Positions 1 to 7,557 of a stretch of 64,000 nucleotides of DNA are shown here, in pieces. This DNA comes from Burkholderiales bacterium (GTDB lineage Bacteria > Pseudomonadota > Gammaproteobacteria > Burkholderiales > SG8-39), in contig DASRFM010000069.1 of the NCBI GenBank assembly GCA_035651575.1, forward strand, positions 12,725-76,724, in the 5' to 3' direction. Below the pieces are notes generated by a model. That model was given only the letters and a program-made list of their open reading frames with translations. It did no database searches and was not told where the DNA came from. The first letter of the stretch is position 1. Each line of letters begins with the position of its first letter. The position numbers and the translations under genes were made by a program.

Positions 1-112
1 CGGGCAGCACCCCGATCAGCGTGCCGAGGATCACGCCGATGAAGCAGTAGAGGACGTTGATCGGGTTGACCGCGACCTCGAAACCGATAATCAGGTTGTG
101 AAAGATCTCCAT
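1..112 (-). CDS. tctA: TctA-family tripartite tricarboxylate transporter permease, N-terminal fragment (continues beyond window start)
   Basis: Reverse-strand ATG at 112..110 followed by MEIFHNLIIGFEVAVNPINVLYCFIGVILGTLIGVLP, which matches the conserved TctA N-terminus. Lies 12 nt downstream of the tctB stop. Confidence 0.8.
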   Translation of the reverse strand, partial: MEIFHNLIIGFEVAVNPINVLYCFIGVILGTLIGVLP

Positions 113-124
113 TGCGGTTCCGCC

Positions 125-580
125 TTATTCGAACGGGGCCGGCCAGATCGGGAAGGGCAGCGTGAGCCCCTTCACGAAAACAAGCCATGAGAAGACGAAC
201 AGGATCACGTAAAGGATCGTGACTTCCTTCCACTTGAACTCATGGCCGCCGTAGGCGCTCACATAGACGAGGGCGGCGGTCGCGCCGACGAGGCCGAGCG
301 GCTTCATGAGATAGCCGTAGAGCACGACGCCGACGGAGATGAACAGCAGCGGACGGAAATGAAATTGCGGAACTGCAGGCCCCTGCACCGCGAGCCCGCC
401 GGCGAGCACGATGAGGCCGAGCACCGTGAGGAGGCCGCCGAGAACCGCGGGAAAGTAGCCCGGCCCCATCCGCACCGCCGTGCCCATCTGGTAGTGCTCG
501 AGCGACCAGAGCATGAAGAACAAGCCGAATCCGGCGAACATGATCCCGGACCAGAAGTCCTTGGGACTCTTGATTTTCAT
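125..580 (-). CDS. tctB: TctB-family small membrane subunit of tripartite tricarboxylate transporter
   Basis: 3' part of track ORF 125..1357. Internal ATG at 580 (MKIKSPKDFWSGIMFAGFGLFF...) is preceded by GGAGGAGG. 151 aa and hydrophobic. The upstream part of the track ORF is an Arg/Ala-rich GC artefact. Confidence 0.8.
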   Translation of the reverse strand: MKIKSPKDFWSGIMFAGFGLFFMLWSLEHYQMGTAVRMGPGYFPAVLGGLLTVLGLIVLAGGLAVQGPAVPQFHFRPLLFISVGVVLYGYLMKPLGLVGATAALVYVSAYGGHEFKWKEVTILYVILFVFSWLVFVKGLTLPFPIWPAPFE

Positions 581-687
581 TGCCTCCTCCAGAGATGGCT
601 CGGGCCCGGTACCGCGCAAGGGCCGCGGGTCTTTTGCCCGGCAAAGTCTAGCATGCTGTTTTCGCGTCTCCTTTCGACCAACGTAAG

Positions 688-1308
688 CTATCGCCGCAGG
701 CGCACCGCCGGCAGACGGTCCAGATCCTCCGGGCGGTCCACGTCCCAGACCGTGCGCAACGTGCGCCAGCGCAGGCCGAGCGCGCGCGCATTCGCCGCCG
801 TATCGCGGCAAACGCTGTCCCCGCCCCAGGTTATTCCGCGGAACAGCGGCGCGCGCATGCGGCGCGCACCGATCAGCGCGTAACCGCCGTCCTGCGCCGG
901 AGCGACCACAACGTCGCACGCCGCGGCGAGCAGGCGCGCGGCGCGGCGCAGGTCGGCGGGCACAAGGACGGGACAGTCGCTGCCGATCAGCACCGCGGTG
1001 CGGGAGGTGCGCAAAGCGCCCGCCAGCGCGCGCTGCATCCGCTCGCCGAGATCGCCGCCCCGCTGCGTCCGCAGGCGCACGCGGTAGCGCGCCGCCCAGC
1101 CGCGAAAAAGCGCGTGGCGCCCGCCCGGCGTACCGTGCAGCTCCACCGCGCCGCGCGCCGCCCGCCTTGCCGTGACGAGGGCGTGCCGCGCGAGCCGCGC
1201 CTGCAGCCGGGCGGCCGCGTCCGCGCCGATGCGCGCCGCGAGGCGCGTCTTCGCGCGGCCGGCGAGCGGCGCGCGCGCGAACACGATGATCGTGCAACCC
1301 GCCTTCAA
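688..1308 (-). CDS. DUF2064-type protein (as I recall, TIGR04282 'transferase 1, rSAM/selenodomain-associated')
   Basis: 3' part of track ORF 688..2166: (L)KAGCTIIVFARAPLAGRAKTRL...GSDCPVL...VVAPAQDGGYALIG. TTG start at 1308..1306 overlaps the upstream stop as TTGA. Confidence 0.7.
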   Translation of the reverse strand: MKAGCTIIVFARAPLAGRAKTRLAARIGADAAARLQARLARHALVTARRAARGAVELHGTPGGRHALFRGWAARYRVRLRTQRGGDLGERMQRALAGALRTSRTAVLIGSDCPVLVPADLRRAARLLAAACDVVVAPAQDGGYALIGARRMRAPLFRGITWGGDSVCRDTAANARALGLRWRTLRTVWDVDRPEDLDRLPAVRLRR

Positions 1309-1964
1309 CGATAGCGCTCGGCGAGCCGCGCCGGGTCGGCGCCGAGCGCATAGGCAAGGCGGATGCGCCACATGAGCACGATCGTGGCGAGCACGCCGCG
1401 GCTCTCCCAGCGGCGGGCGGAGGTCACCACCCGCTCGCGCAGGCAGGCCGGAGGCCCCTTGCGCCTCATCGCGGCGCTGAACGCGACGTCCTCCATGAGC
1501 GGGATTTCCGGGAAGCCGTCGAACGCCTCGCGCCGCACGAAGATCGCCTGGTCGCCGGTCGCGATGCCGGTGAGCCGGGAGCGCAGGTTCATCGCCGCCG
1601 CGACCAGACGCAGCAGCGGATGCGTGCTTTCGATCGCGACGTCGAAGCGCCCCCACGCCCGCGCCTCGAGCGCGCGGGCGACGAGGGCGGCCGCTCCCGC
1701 GGGAAGCTGCGTATCGGCGTGCAGAAAAAGCAGGTGGCCGCCGTTCGCGGCGCGCGCGCCCGCGTTCATCTGCCGTGCTCGCCCGCGAGGCGCGCTCAAG
1801 ACGCGGTCGCAGAGCCCCCCTGCGAGCTCCGCCGTGCCGTCGCCACTGCCGCCGTCGACCACCACGACCTCGACGCCCTGCCCGCGGAGCGGCGCGAGCG
1901 CGGCGAGATGCGTGCGAATCCGGGGTGCCTCGTTCAGCACCGGCACGACGATGGAAAGGCTCAC
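1305..1964 (-). CDS. Family-2 glycosyltransferase (as I recall, TIGR04283 'transferase 2, rSAM/selenodomain-associated')
   Basis: VSLSIVVPVLNEAPRI...VVVDGGSGDGT...LFLHADTQLP motifs. GTG start at 1964..1962 overlaps the upstream stop as GTGA. The track ORF start at 2033 would overlap the upstream gene by 73 nt. Confidence 0.75.
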   Translation of the reverse strand: MSLSIVVPVLNEAPRIRTHLAALAPLRGQGVEVVVVDGGSGDGTAELAGGLCDRVLSAPRGRARQMNAGARAANGGHLLFLHADTQLPAGAAALVARALEARAWGRFDVAIESTHPLLRLVAAAMNLRSRLTGIATGDQAIFVRREAFDGFPEIPLMEDVAFSAAMRRKGPPACLRERVVTSARRWESRGVLATIVLMWRIRLAYALGADPARLAERYR

Positions 1965-4111
1965 GCGCGCATCCAGGCGTGGAACCGCTCGGCATGGCGC
2001 AGCAACCCTTGTGGCGCATGCGCCCGCTGCCACACCCCCGCGGCATGCTTGTTCGCCTCGGCGAGCGTGGGATAGACGTGGATGGTGGCGAGGAGCTTGC
2101 GCAGCCCGATGCCGTGGCGCATCGCCAGCACGAACTCGGCGATGAGCTCGCCTGCCTGCTCGCCAACGATCGTCGCTCCGAGCACGCGGTCGCTGCGCGG
2201 GGCAGTGAGCACTTTCACCATGCCATGCGCCTCGCCTTCGGTCATCGCGCGATCGAGCTCGTCCATGCCGTACACGGTCGCCTCATAGGGGACATTGCGC
2301 TCGTTCGCCTCGCGCTCATTCAAGCCGACGCGCGCCACTTCCGGCTCGGTGAAGGTGGTCCACGGAATGACGGAATAGTCGGCGCGGAAGGTCCGGAACG
2401 CGCCGAAAAGCGCGTTCACCGTGGCATACCACGCCTGGTGGGACGCGGTGTGGGTGAACTGGTAGGGCCCGGCGACATCGCCGCAGGCGTAGATGTTTGG
2501 ATAGCGCGTGCGCAGGAACTCGTCGGTTGCGATCGTCCCGGCCGGCGTCAGCGGGATGCCGAGCGCCTCCAGGCCGTAACCGGCGGTGTTCGCGATCCGA
2601 CCGGTCGCGCACAGCAGGGCATCGAGCTCAAGCGCGATTTCTCCCGCAGCATTCCGGGCGACAAGCCGCTTGCCGCCCGCCCCGACCTCGACGCGGACGG
2701 CCTGGTATCCGGTCAGGACGCGCACGCCTTCGCTCTCCAGCCGCGCCTGCAGCGCCGCGGACACCTCGTCGTCCTCGCGCGCCAGGATGCGCGGCAGCAT
2801 CTCGAGTTGCGTCACCTGCGCGCCCAGGCGCGCGAACGCCTGCGCGAGCTCGCAGCCCACGGGCCCGCCGCCGAGGACGAGCAGGCGGCGCGGCAGCTCG
2901 CGCAGCGCCCACACGTTGTCCGAGGTAAGCACCTCGAGCGCTTCGATGCCCGGAATCGGCGGCACGAAGGGACGCGCGCCTGCCGCGATGACGATGGATC
3001 GCGTCGTCAGCAGGCGGCGGCCTTCGGACGCGGCCACCTCCACCGACCAGGGCGAGGCGATGCGCGCCTCGCCCTGCAGGCACTCGACCCCGAGCGCCCG
3101 GTAGCGCTCCACCGAATCGTGCGGCGCGACGCGCTCCACCACGCCGCGCACGCGCTCCATGACGGCGGCGAAATCGGCCTCCGGCCGCGGCGCCTTCAGG
3201 CCAAACTCCGGGGCGCGCCGCAGGAGCGCGAGCACGCGCGCCGACTTGAGCAGTGCCTTCGAGGGCACGCATCCCGTGTTCAGGCAATCGCCGCCCATGC
3301 GATGCTTCTCGACCAGCGTGACCTTCGCCCGCACCGCCGCTGCGATGTACGCGCACACCAGCCCGGCGGAGCCGGCGCCGATGACCACGAGATTGCGCTC
3401 GAAGCGCCGCGGCCGCGGCCAGCGCGCATAGACGCGGCGCGCCCTCGCCGCGTCCACGATGCGTTTCGCGATGAGCGGGAAAAAGGCGAGCAGCAGGAAG
3501 GCAGCGACAAGCCGCGCGGAAAGGATTTCCCCGGCGGAGTGCACGGTGGCGAGCTGCGTTCCGGCATTCACGTACACCATCGTGCCCGCGAGCATGCCGA
3601 GCTGGCCCACCCAATAGAAGGTCCACGCCCGCATCGAGGTGAGGCCCATCACGAGGTTGATGGCGAAATACGGGATATAGGGAATCAGGCGCAACGTGAA
3701 GAGGTAGAACCCGCCCTCGCGCTCGATGCCCTCGTTGACCGCCCGCAGATGGCTGCCGAAGCGTTCCTGCACCCAGTCGCGCAGGATGAACCTCGACAGC
3801 AGGAACGCGAGCGTCGCGCCCAGGCTGGCGGCGAACGAGACGAGCACCGTGGCGAGGACAAAGCCGAACACCGCGCCGCCGACCAGCGTGAGCACGGTCG
3901 CGCTGCCCGGAAGCGACAGGCCGGTGCACGCGACGTAGAGCACAAAGTAGGCGACGAGGGTCTGCAGCCTGTGCGCGGCGTAGTAGCGCTCGAGCGCGGC
4001 GCGCAGTTCCTGCAGATTGGCGAAGCTGAGGTACTGGGGCCCGCCGGAGATCAGGAAGGCGGCAATGGCGAGCAGGACGATCGCGGCGAGCGCGATGCGC
4101 GCGCGAGTCAC
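1961..4111 (-). CDS. Fusion protein: TVP38/TMEM64 (DedA-like) membrane domain plus FAD-dependent pyridine nucleotide-disulfide oxidoreductase
   Basis: The N-terminal half is polytopic membrane (...LVAYFVLYVACTGLSLPGSATVLTLVGGAVFG...). The C-terminal half has VVIGAGSAGLVCAY (FAD) and the redox-active GGDCLNTGCVPSK motif. GTG start at 4111..4109 overlaps the arsS stop as GTGA. Confidence 0.8.
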   Translation of the reverse strand: MTRARIALAAIVLLAIAAFLISGGPQYLSFANLQELRAALERYYAAHRLQTLVAYFVLYVACTGLSLPGSATVLTLVGGAVFGFVLATVLVSFAASLGATLAFLLSRFILRDWVQERFGSHLRAVNEGIEREGGFYLFTLRLIPYIPYFAINLVMGLTSMRAWTFYWVGQLGMLAGTMVYVNAGTQLATVHSAGEILSARLVAAFLLLAFFPLIAKRIVDAARARRVYARWPRPRRFERNLVVIGAGSAGLVCAYIAAAVRAKVTLVEKHRMGGDCLNTGCVPSKALLKSARVLALLRRAPEFGLKAPRPEADFAAVMERVRGVVERVAPHDSVERYRALGVECLQGEARIASPWSVEVAASEGRRLLTTRSIVIAAGARPFVPPIPGIEALEVLTSDNVWALRELPRRLLVLGGGPVGCELAQAFARLGAQVTQLEMLPRILAREDDEVSAALQARLESEGVRVLTGYQAVRVEVGAGGKRLVARNAAGEIALELDALLCATGRIANTAGYGLEALGIPLTPAGTIATDEFLRTRYPNIYACGDVAGPYQFTHTASHQAWYATVNALFGAFRTFRADYSVIPWTTFTEPEVARVGLNEREANERNVPYEATVYGMDELDRAMTEGEAHGMVKVLTAPRSDRVLGATIVGEQAGELIAEFVLAMRHGIGLRKLLATIHVYPTLAEANKHAAGVWQRAHAPQGLLRHAERFHAWMRA

Positions 4112-5073
4112 GGCGCGAGCGCGCCGCCGCAGGAAGAGCCCTGTCCGGCAGTGCAGCCGAAGCAGTGATCGCGCACGGCGATCGGGTTGTCCAGGAGATC
4201 GCGCCCGGCAAGCTCGCGCAGGTGCACGCGGCGGCGGCCTTCCACGACGAGCGGCAGGCCGAGCATCTGGTTGAAGTCGCAGTCGTACACGAAGCCCTGC
4301 CAGTCCACCGACACCAGGCTGCGGCACATGACGGACCCGAGATTCTCGTCCCGGTGCGAGCCGCGCAGGAGCGCCATGTAGTCGCGGAACGTGCCCTTCG
4401 ACACGAGGGTGGAGCCAAAGCGCTGGATCGGCATGTTGGCGAGCGTGTAGAGCCGGTTGAAGACGATGCCGTGCCGCGCTGCGAGCTCGCGCCGGTAGTC
4501 GGCCTCGAGCGGCTCCTGCGGCGGCGGCAGCACCGGCCCCTGCGGGTTGTAGACCAGGTTCAGCGCGAGGCCGCTCTCGGGCGCGCCGTAGCCGAGCGCG
4601 TTCAGCGCCTTGAGCGCCGCGATGCTGCGCGCGTAGACGCCCTGGCCGCGCTGCCGGTCGACGAGCTCCTCGCCGTAGCAGGGCAGCGAGGCGATGATTT
4701 CGACGCGCTGCGCAGCGAGGAAGCCGGCGAGGCCCTCCTGTCCCGGCTCGAGCAGGATGGTGAGATTGCAGCGATCAATGACGTGGACGCCGAGCCCGCG
4801 CGCGCCCTCGACCAGCGCCCGGAAGTGGGGATTCAGCTCGGGCGCCCCTCCGGTGATGTCGAGATTCCCGAGCTTTCGCTGTTCGAGAAACGCGACGATC
4901 TCGAGCACCGTCTCGCGCGACATCATCTCGGTGCGCGTCGGGCCGGCGTTGACGTGGCAGTGCAGGCAGCTCTGGTTGCACCTGTAGCCCAGGTTCACCT
5001 GCAGCGTCTCGAGGCGGCCGCGGCGCAGCGCCGGAAAGCCGTGCTCGCGCATCAAAGGAAGCGTCGCGTGCAT
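4108..5073 (-). CDS. arsS: ArsS-family radical SAM / Cys-rich domain protein (arsenosugar-biosynthesis-type radical SAM)
   Basis: Track ORF of 321 aa. Radical-SAM CX3CX2C motif is GYRCNQSCLHCHV. C-terminal Cys-rich tail is DHCFGCTAGQGSSCGG. There is no in-frame TGA, so this is the Cys form, not the Sec form. Confidence 0.8.
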   Translation of the reverse strand: MHATLPLMREHGFPALRRGRLETLQVNLGYRCNQSCLHCHVNAGPTRTEMMSRETVLEIVAFLEQRKLGNLDITGGAPELNPHFRALVEGARGLGVHVIDRCNLTILLEPGQEGLAGFLAAQRVEIIASLPCYGEELVDRQRGQGVYARSIAALKALNALGYGAPESGLALNLVYNPQGPVLPPPQEPLEADYRRELAARHGIVFNRLYTLANMPIQRFGSTLVSKGTFRDYMALLRGSHRDENLGSVMCRSLVSVDWQGFVYDCDFNQMLGLPLVVEGRRRVHLRELAGRDLLDNPIAVRDHCFGCTAGQGSSCGGALAP

Positions 5074-5104
5074 GAACGCTCGGTCGCGCGGGGTCCGGTG
5101 CGCC

Positions 5105-5650
5105 TTACGGCAGGATGTTCGCGGCGCCCTGCGACTGCTCGTCGAGCAGCTCGAGCACGCGCTGGCTCGTGGCGCGCAGCCGCTGCGACAGCATGAGGAC
5201 CAGCTCCATCAGCACCTTGGCGCCGAGCATGGGCTGCTCGACGATGATGCGGGCGAGGCTTTCCCGGTCGAGCATCGCGACCAGCACCGGCTCCGAGCAG
5301 ACGCAGGTGGCGAAGCGCGCCTCGCCGTCGATCATGGACATCTCGCCCAGGACCTTGCCGGCGTCCACGACCGCGATCAGCTGGGGCGTGTTCCAGCGGT
5401 CGCGCTTGCGCACTTCCACCTTGCCCTCGACGATCATCAGCATGAAGTCGCCGCCGTCGCCTTCCCGGATCAGCTCGATGCCGGCCTCCGCCCGGTAGAC
5501 GTCCATGAAGTGCGCGAGCAGGCGCACCTCGGCCGGCGAGAAGTTCTCCAGCAGCGCGCACTTCGGGATGAGCGCATGCAGCTGGCCGGCGAACTGCGTC
5601 GCATCGCCGAGATGCTCGAGGTGGGCGAGCTGCTGCGGCCGGTCGGGCAT
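5105..5650 (-). CDS. Stand-alone cyclic-nucleotide-binding (CAP effector-type) domain protein
   Basis: Internal ATG at 5650 of track ORF 5105..6904, giving 181 aa. Sequence ...FSPAEVRLLAHFMDVYRAEAGIELIREGDGGDFMLMIVEGKVEV...GEMSMIDGEARFATC is typical of a cNMP-binding beta-barrel. No HTH follows. Confidence 0.75.
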   Translation of the reverse strand: MPDRPQQLAHLEHLGDATQFAGQLHALIPKCALLENFSPAEVRLLAHFMDVYRAEAGIELIREGDGGDFMLMIVEGKVEVRKRDRWNTPQLIAVVDAGKVLGEMSMIDGEARFATCVCSEPVLVAMLDRESLARIIVEQPMLGAKVLMELVLMLSQRLRATSQRVLELLDEQSQGAANILP

Positions 5651-5685
5651 ACCCTGCGCATTATGCCCAATCGGGCGGGCCGGGG

Positions 5686-6795
5686 TTAGCCGCGCCGCTG
5701 CTTGCGGCGGCGGCGCACCGCCTCGGCGAGGTCCTCCAGCAGCCGGGCGGAGTCCTCCCATCCGAGGCAGGGGTCGGTCACGCTCTGGCCGAACACCAGG
5801 CGCCCGCCGCCCAGGTCCTGCCGGCCCTCCACCAGGTTCGATTCCACCATGAGCCCGACGATGCGCCGCTCGCCCTGCGCGAGGCGCTCGCCGATGTCGC
5901 GCGCCACCTCCAGCTGCTTCCTGTATTGCTTGGACGAGTTGGCATGCGAGCAGTCGATCATCAGGCGCTCGGCAAGCTTCGCCTTCTTCAGCTCCTCGCA
6001 GGCCGCCTGCACCGAGGCGTCGTCGTAGTTCGGCTGCTTGCCGCCGCGCAGGATGACGTGGCAATCCTCGTTGCCGCGCGTCTCGACGATCGCCACCTGG
6101 CCGCTCTTGTGCACCGAGAGGAAATGGTGCTTCTGCCTCGCCGCGAGGAGCGCGTCCACCGCGATCTTCACGTTGCCGTCGGTGCCGTTCTTGAAGCCTA
6201 CCGCCGCCGAGAGGCCCGAGGCGAGCTCGCGGTGCACCTGGCTTTCCGTGGTGCGCGCGCCGATCGCGCCCCACGAGACGAGGTCGCCGATGTACTGCGG
6301 CGAGATCACGTCGAGGAACTCGCAGCCGGCCGGTACGCCTGCCTGGTTGATGCGCACCAGCAGGTCGCGCGCGATTCGCAGGCCCTCGTTGATGCGGAAG
6401 CTGCCGTCGAGATGGGGATCGTTGATGAGGCCCTTCCAGCCCACCGTCGTGCGCGGCTTCTCGAAATACACCCGCATCAGGATCTCGAGCTCGCCCTCGT
6501 GCCTTTTCCTCTCCCCGGCGAGCTTCTCCGCGTACGCGACCGCGGCCTGGGGGTCGTGGATCGAGCAGGGGCCGATGACGACGAGCAGCCGGTCGGACTT
6601 GGCGTGCAGGATGTCGCGCACCTTGCGGCGCGTTTCCGCGATCCTCTTCTCCACCGGCGTGCCGCTGATGGGAAAGAACCGGATCAGGTGCTCCGGCGGC
6701 GGCAGCGGCACGATGTTGGCGATGCGCTCGTCGTCGGTGAGCGAGGTCTTGTCCGCCGGGACGGTGCTCAGGTAGCTCTCGGTTGGCGCGGTCAT
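5686..6795 (-). CDS. aroG: Class I 3-deoxy-7-phosphoheptulonate (DAHP) synthase
   Basis: 369 aa. Contains LLVVIGPCSIHDP, MRVYFEKPRTTVGWKGLINDP, WGAIGARTTESQVHRELASGLS and IDCSHANS. SD GAGGTG lies 7 nt upstream of the ATG. The isoenzyme type (Phe/Tyr/Trp-sensitive) cannot be read from the sequence. Confidence 0.95.
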   Translation of the reverse strand: MTAPTESYLSTVPADKTSLTDDERIANIVPLPPPEHLIRFFPISGTPVEKRIAETRRKVRDILHAKSDRLLVVIGPCSIHDPQAAVAYAEKLAGERKRHEGELEILMRVYFEKPRTTVGWKGLINDPHLDGSFRINEGLRIARDLLVRINQAGVPAGCEFLDVISPQYIGDLVSWGAIGARTTESQVHRELASGLSAAVGFKNGTDGNVKIAVDALLAARQKHHFLSVHKSGQVAIVETRGNEDCHVILRGGKQPNYDDASVQAACEELKKAKLAERLMIDCSHANSSKQYRKQLEVARDIGERLAQGERRIVGLMVESNLVEGRQDLGGGRLVFGQSVTDPCLGWEDSARLLEDLAEAVRRRRKQRRG

Positions 6796-6812
6796 AGGTT
6801 TTCACCTCGGGC

Positions 6813-6849
6813 AAAAAAAAAACCGCCAGGCTTTCGGCTGGCGGTTTTT
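6813..6849 (-). terminator. Intrinsic terminator acting as attenuator in the aroG leader
   Basis: Minus-strand RNA reads AAAAA-CCGCCAG-CCGAAAGC-CUGGCGG-UUUUUUUUUU. The stem is 6844..6838 paired with 6829..6823, followed by a 10-U tract at 6822..6813. It ends 17 nt before the aroG ATG. Confidence 0.8.
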
Positions 6850-6869
6850 CGGGATTCGCGGTGATGCGT

Positions 6870-6935
6870 CTAGCCGTTCCCCTCCGCCAGCAGGCGCGGG
6901 ACATGGAAGAAGAACCCGAAGAAGAACCGGCTCAT
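6870..6935 (-). CDS. Phe-rich leader peptide MSRFFFGFFFHVPRLLAEGNG (21 aa)
   Basis: ATG AGC CGG TTC TTC TTC GGG TTC TTC TTC CAT ... TAG. Six TTC codons fall within residues 4-10. The ORF lies immediately upstream of the terminator/antiterminator pair and of aroG. Confidence 0.7.
   Translation of the reverse strand: MSRFFFGFFFHVPRLLAEGNG
6884..6891 (-). promoter_or_regulatory. Antiterminator segment (GCUGGCGG) complementary to the terminator 5' arm
   Basis: Minus-strand GCTGGCGG inside the leader ORF is a perfect 8-nt complement of CCGCCAGC at 6844..6837. This pairing excludes the terminator stem. Confidence 0.6.
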
Positions 6936-6979
6936 CACGCCCTATTGAAGCACGAACCGCCCGGCCCCGGCAAATGGCC

Positions 6980-7423
6980 TCATTTCCTCGGCCACAGGAT
7001 CATCTGCGTGCAGCGAAACAGCGCGATGCGGGCCGCGCTCGCCTCGACGCTGACCTCCGCGTCCCAGACCTGGGTGGTGCGGCCCAGGTGGACCGGCGTG
7101 GCGCGGCAGGCGAGCGCGCCCTCGAGCGCGGTGCCGAGGAAGTTGGCCTTGAGCTCGAGGGTGGTGAAGCCGCTTGCGCCGGCCGGCAGGTGGGAGACGC
7201 AGGCGTAGCCGCAGCTCGTGTCGGCGAGCGCGATCACGCTCGCGGCGTGCAGGAAGCCGTTCGGCGCCAGCAGCTCGCGCCGGATCTCGAGGCGGCTCTC
7301 GAGCACCTCGGGGCGCACGGAGACGATCGATAGTCCGACCAGACCAGGCAGGTGGCCCGCGCTCTTCGCGTTGAACGCCGCCGGGGTCAACTCCGGGCGG
7401 AAGCTATCCGTCAGGGATTTCAT
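6980..7423 (-). CDS. PaaI-family (hotdog fold) thioesterase
   Basis: Track ORF of 147 aa. Sequence ...LESRLEIRRELLAPNGFLHAASVIALADTSCGYA...TLELKANFLG...GRTTQVWDAEV is typical of PaaI/4HBT-type thioesterases. Confidence 0.8.
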   Translation of the reverse strand: MKSLTDSFRPELTPAAFNAKSAGHLPGLVGLSIVSVRPEVLESRLEIRRELLAPNGFLHAASVIALADTSCGYACVSHLPAGASGFTTLELKANFLGTALEGALACRATPVHLGRTTQVWDAEVSVEASAARIALFRCTQMILWPRK

Positions 7424-7557
7424 GGTCCGACTGTACCGGGATTGGCACTCGCGCGCGCGGATTGCCAGGCGCAGGGTTTGCTAGGCAGGAAGCATCATGC
7501 TAATTTTTTCATGCGGGGTGGAGTCAGCAGTCAAAAAAAGAGGAAGGTGGGTGACCG

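Noticed and set aside
581-687. Possible terminator or operator between the DUF2064 stop and the tctB start (short CGGG/CCCG hairpin, AGCATGCT palindrome at 650..657)
   Set aside because: The stems are only 4 bp or imperfect, and there is no U tract. An 8-nt palindrome alone is not evidence of a binding site.
125-1357. Long 5' extensions of many track ORFs (for example 125..1357, 688..2166, 5105..6904, 14790..17594, 17611..19125, 30844..33291, 32346..34679, 53537..55945, 56870..58525)
   Set aside because: The conserved protein begins at an internal start. That start usually sits exactly on a 1-nt or 4-nt overlap with the upstream gene's stop, or behind a clear SD. The upstream in-frame sequence runs through the neighbouring gene in another frame and is Arg/Ala-rich. 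These ORFs were trimmed accordingly.
4108-4170. Selenocysteine (in-frame TGA) in the ArsS C-terminal Cys-rich motif
   Set aside because: The motif reads CFGCTAGQGSSCGGALAP, followed by the terminal TGA. All positions are TGC Cys codons and there is no internal TGA, so this is the Cys form.
6942-6983. 13-codon ORF (MRPFAGAGRFVLQ) overlapping the thioesterase stop by ATGA and ending 6 nt before the Phe leader ATG
   Set aside because: It is too short and featureless to call as a gene, and could be chance. It is mentioned only as possible translational coupling into the leader peptide.
7443-7465. Sigma-54-like TGGCAC ... TTGC upstream of the AAA+ ATPase gene
   Set aside because: The spacing between TGGCAC (7443..7448) and TTGC (7462..7465) is 13 nt, not the canonical 5 nt, so this is not a -24/-12 promoter.
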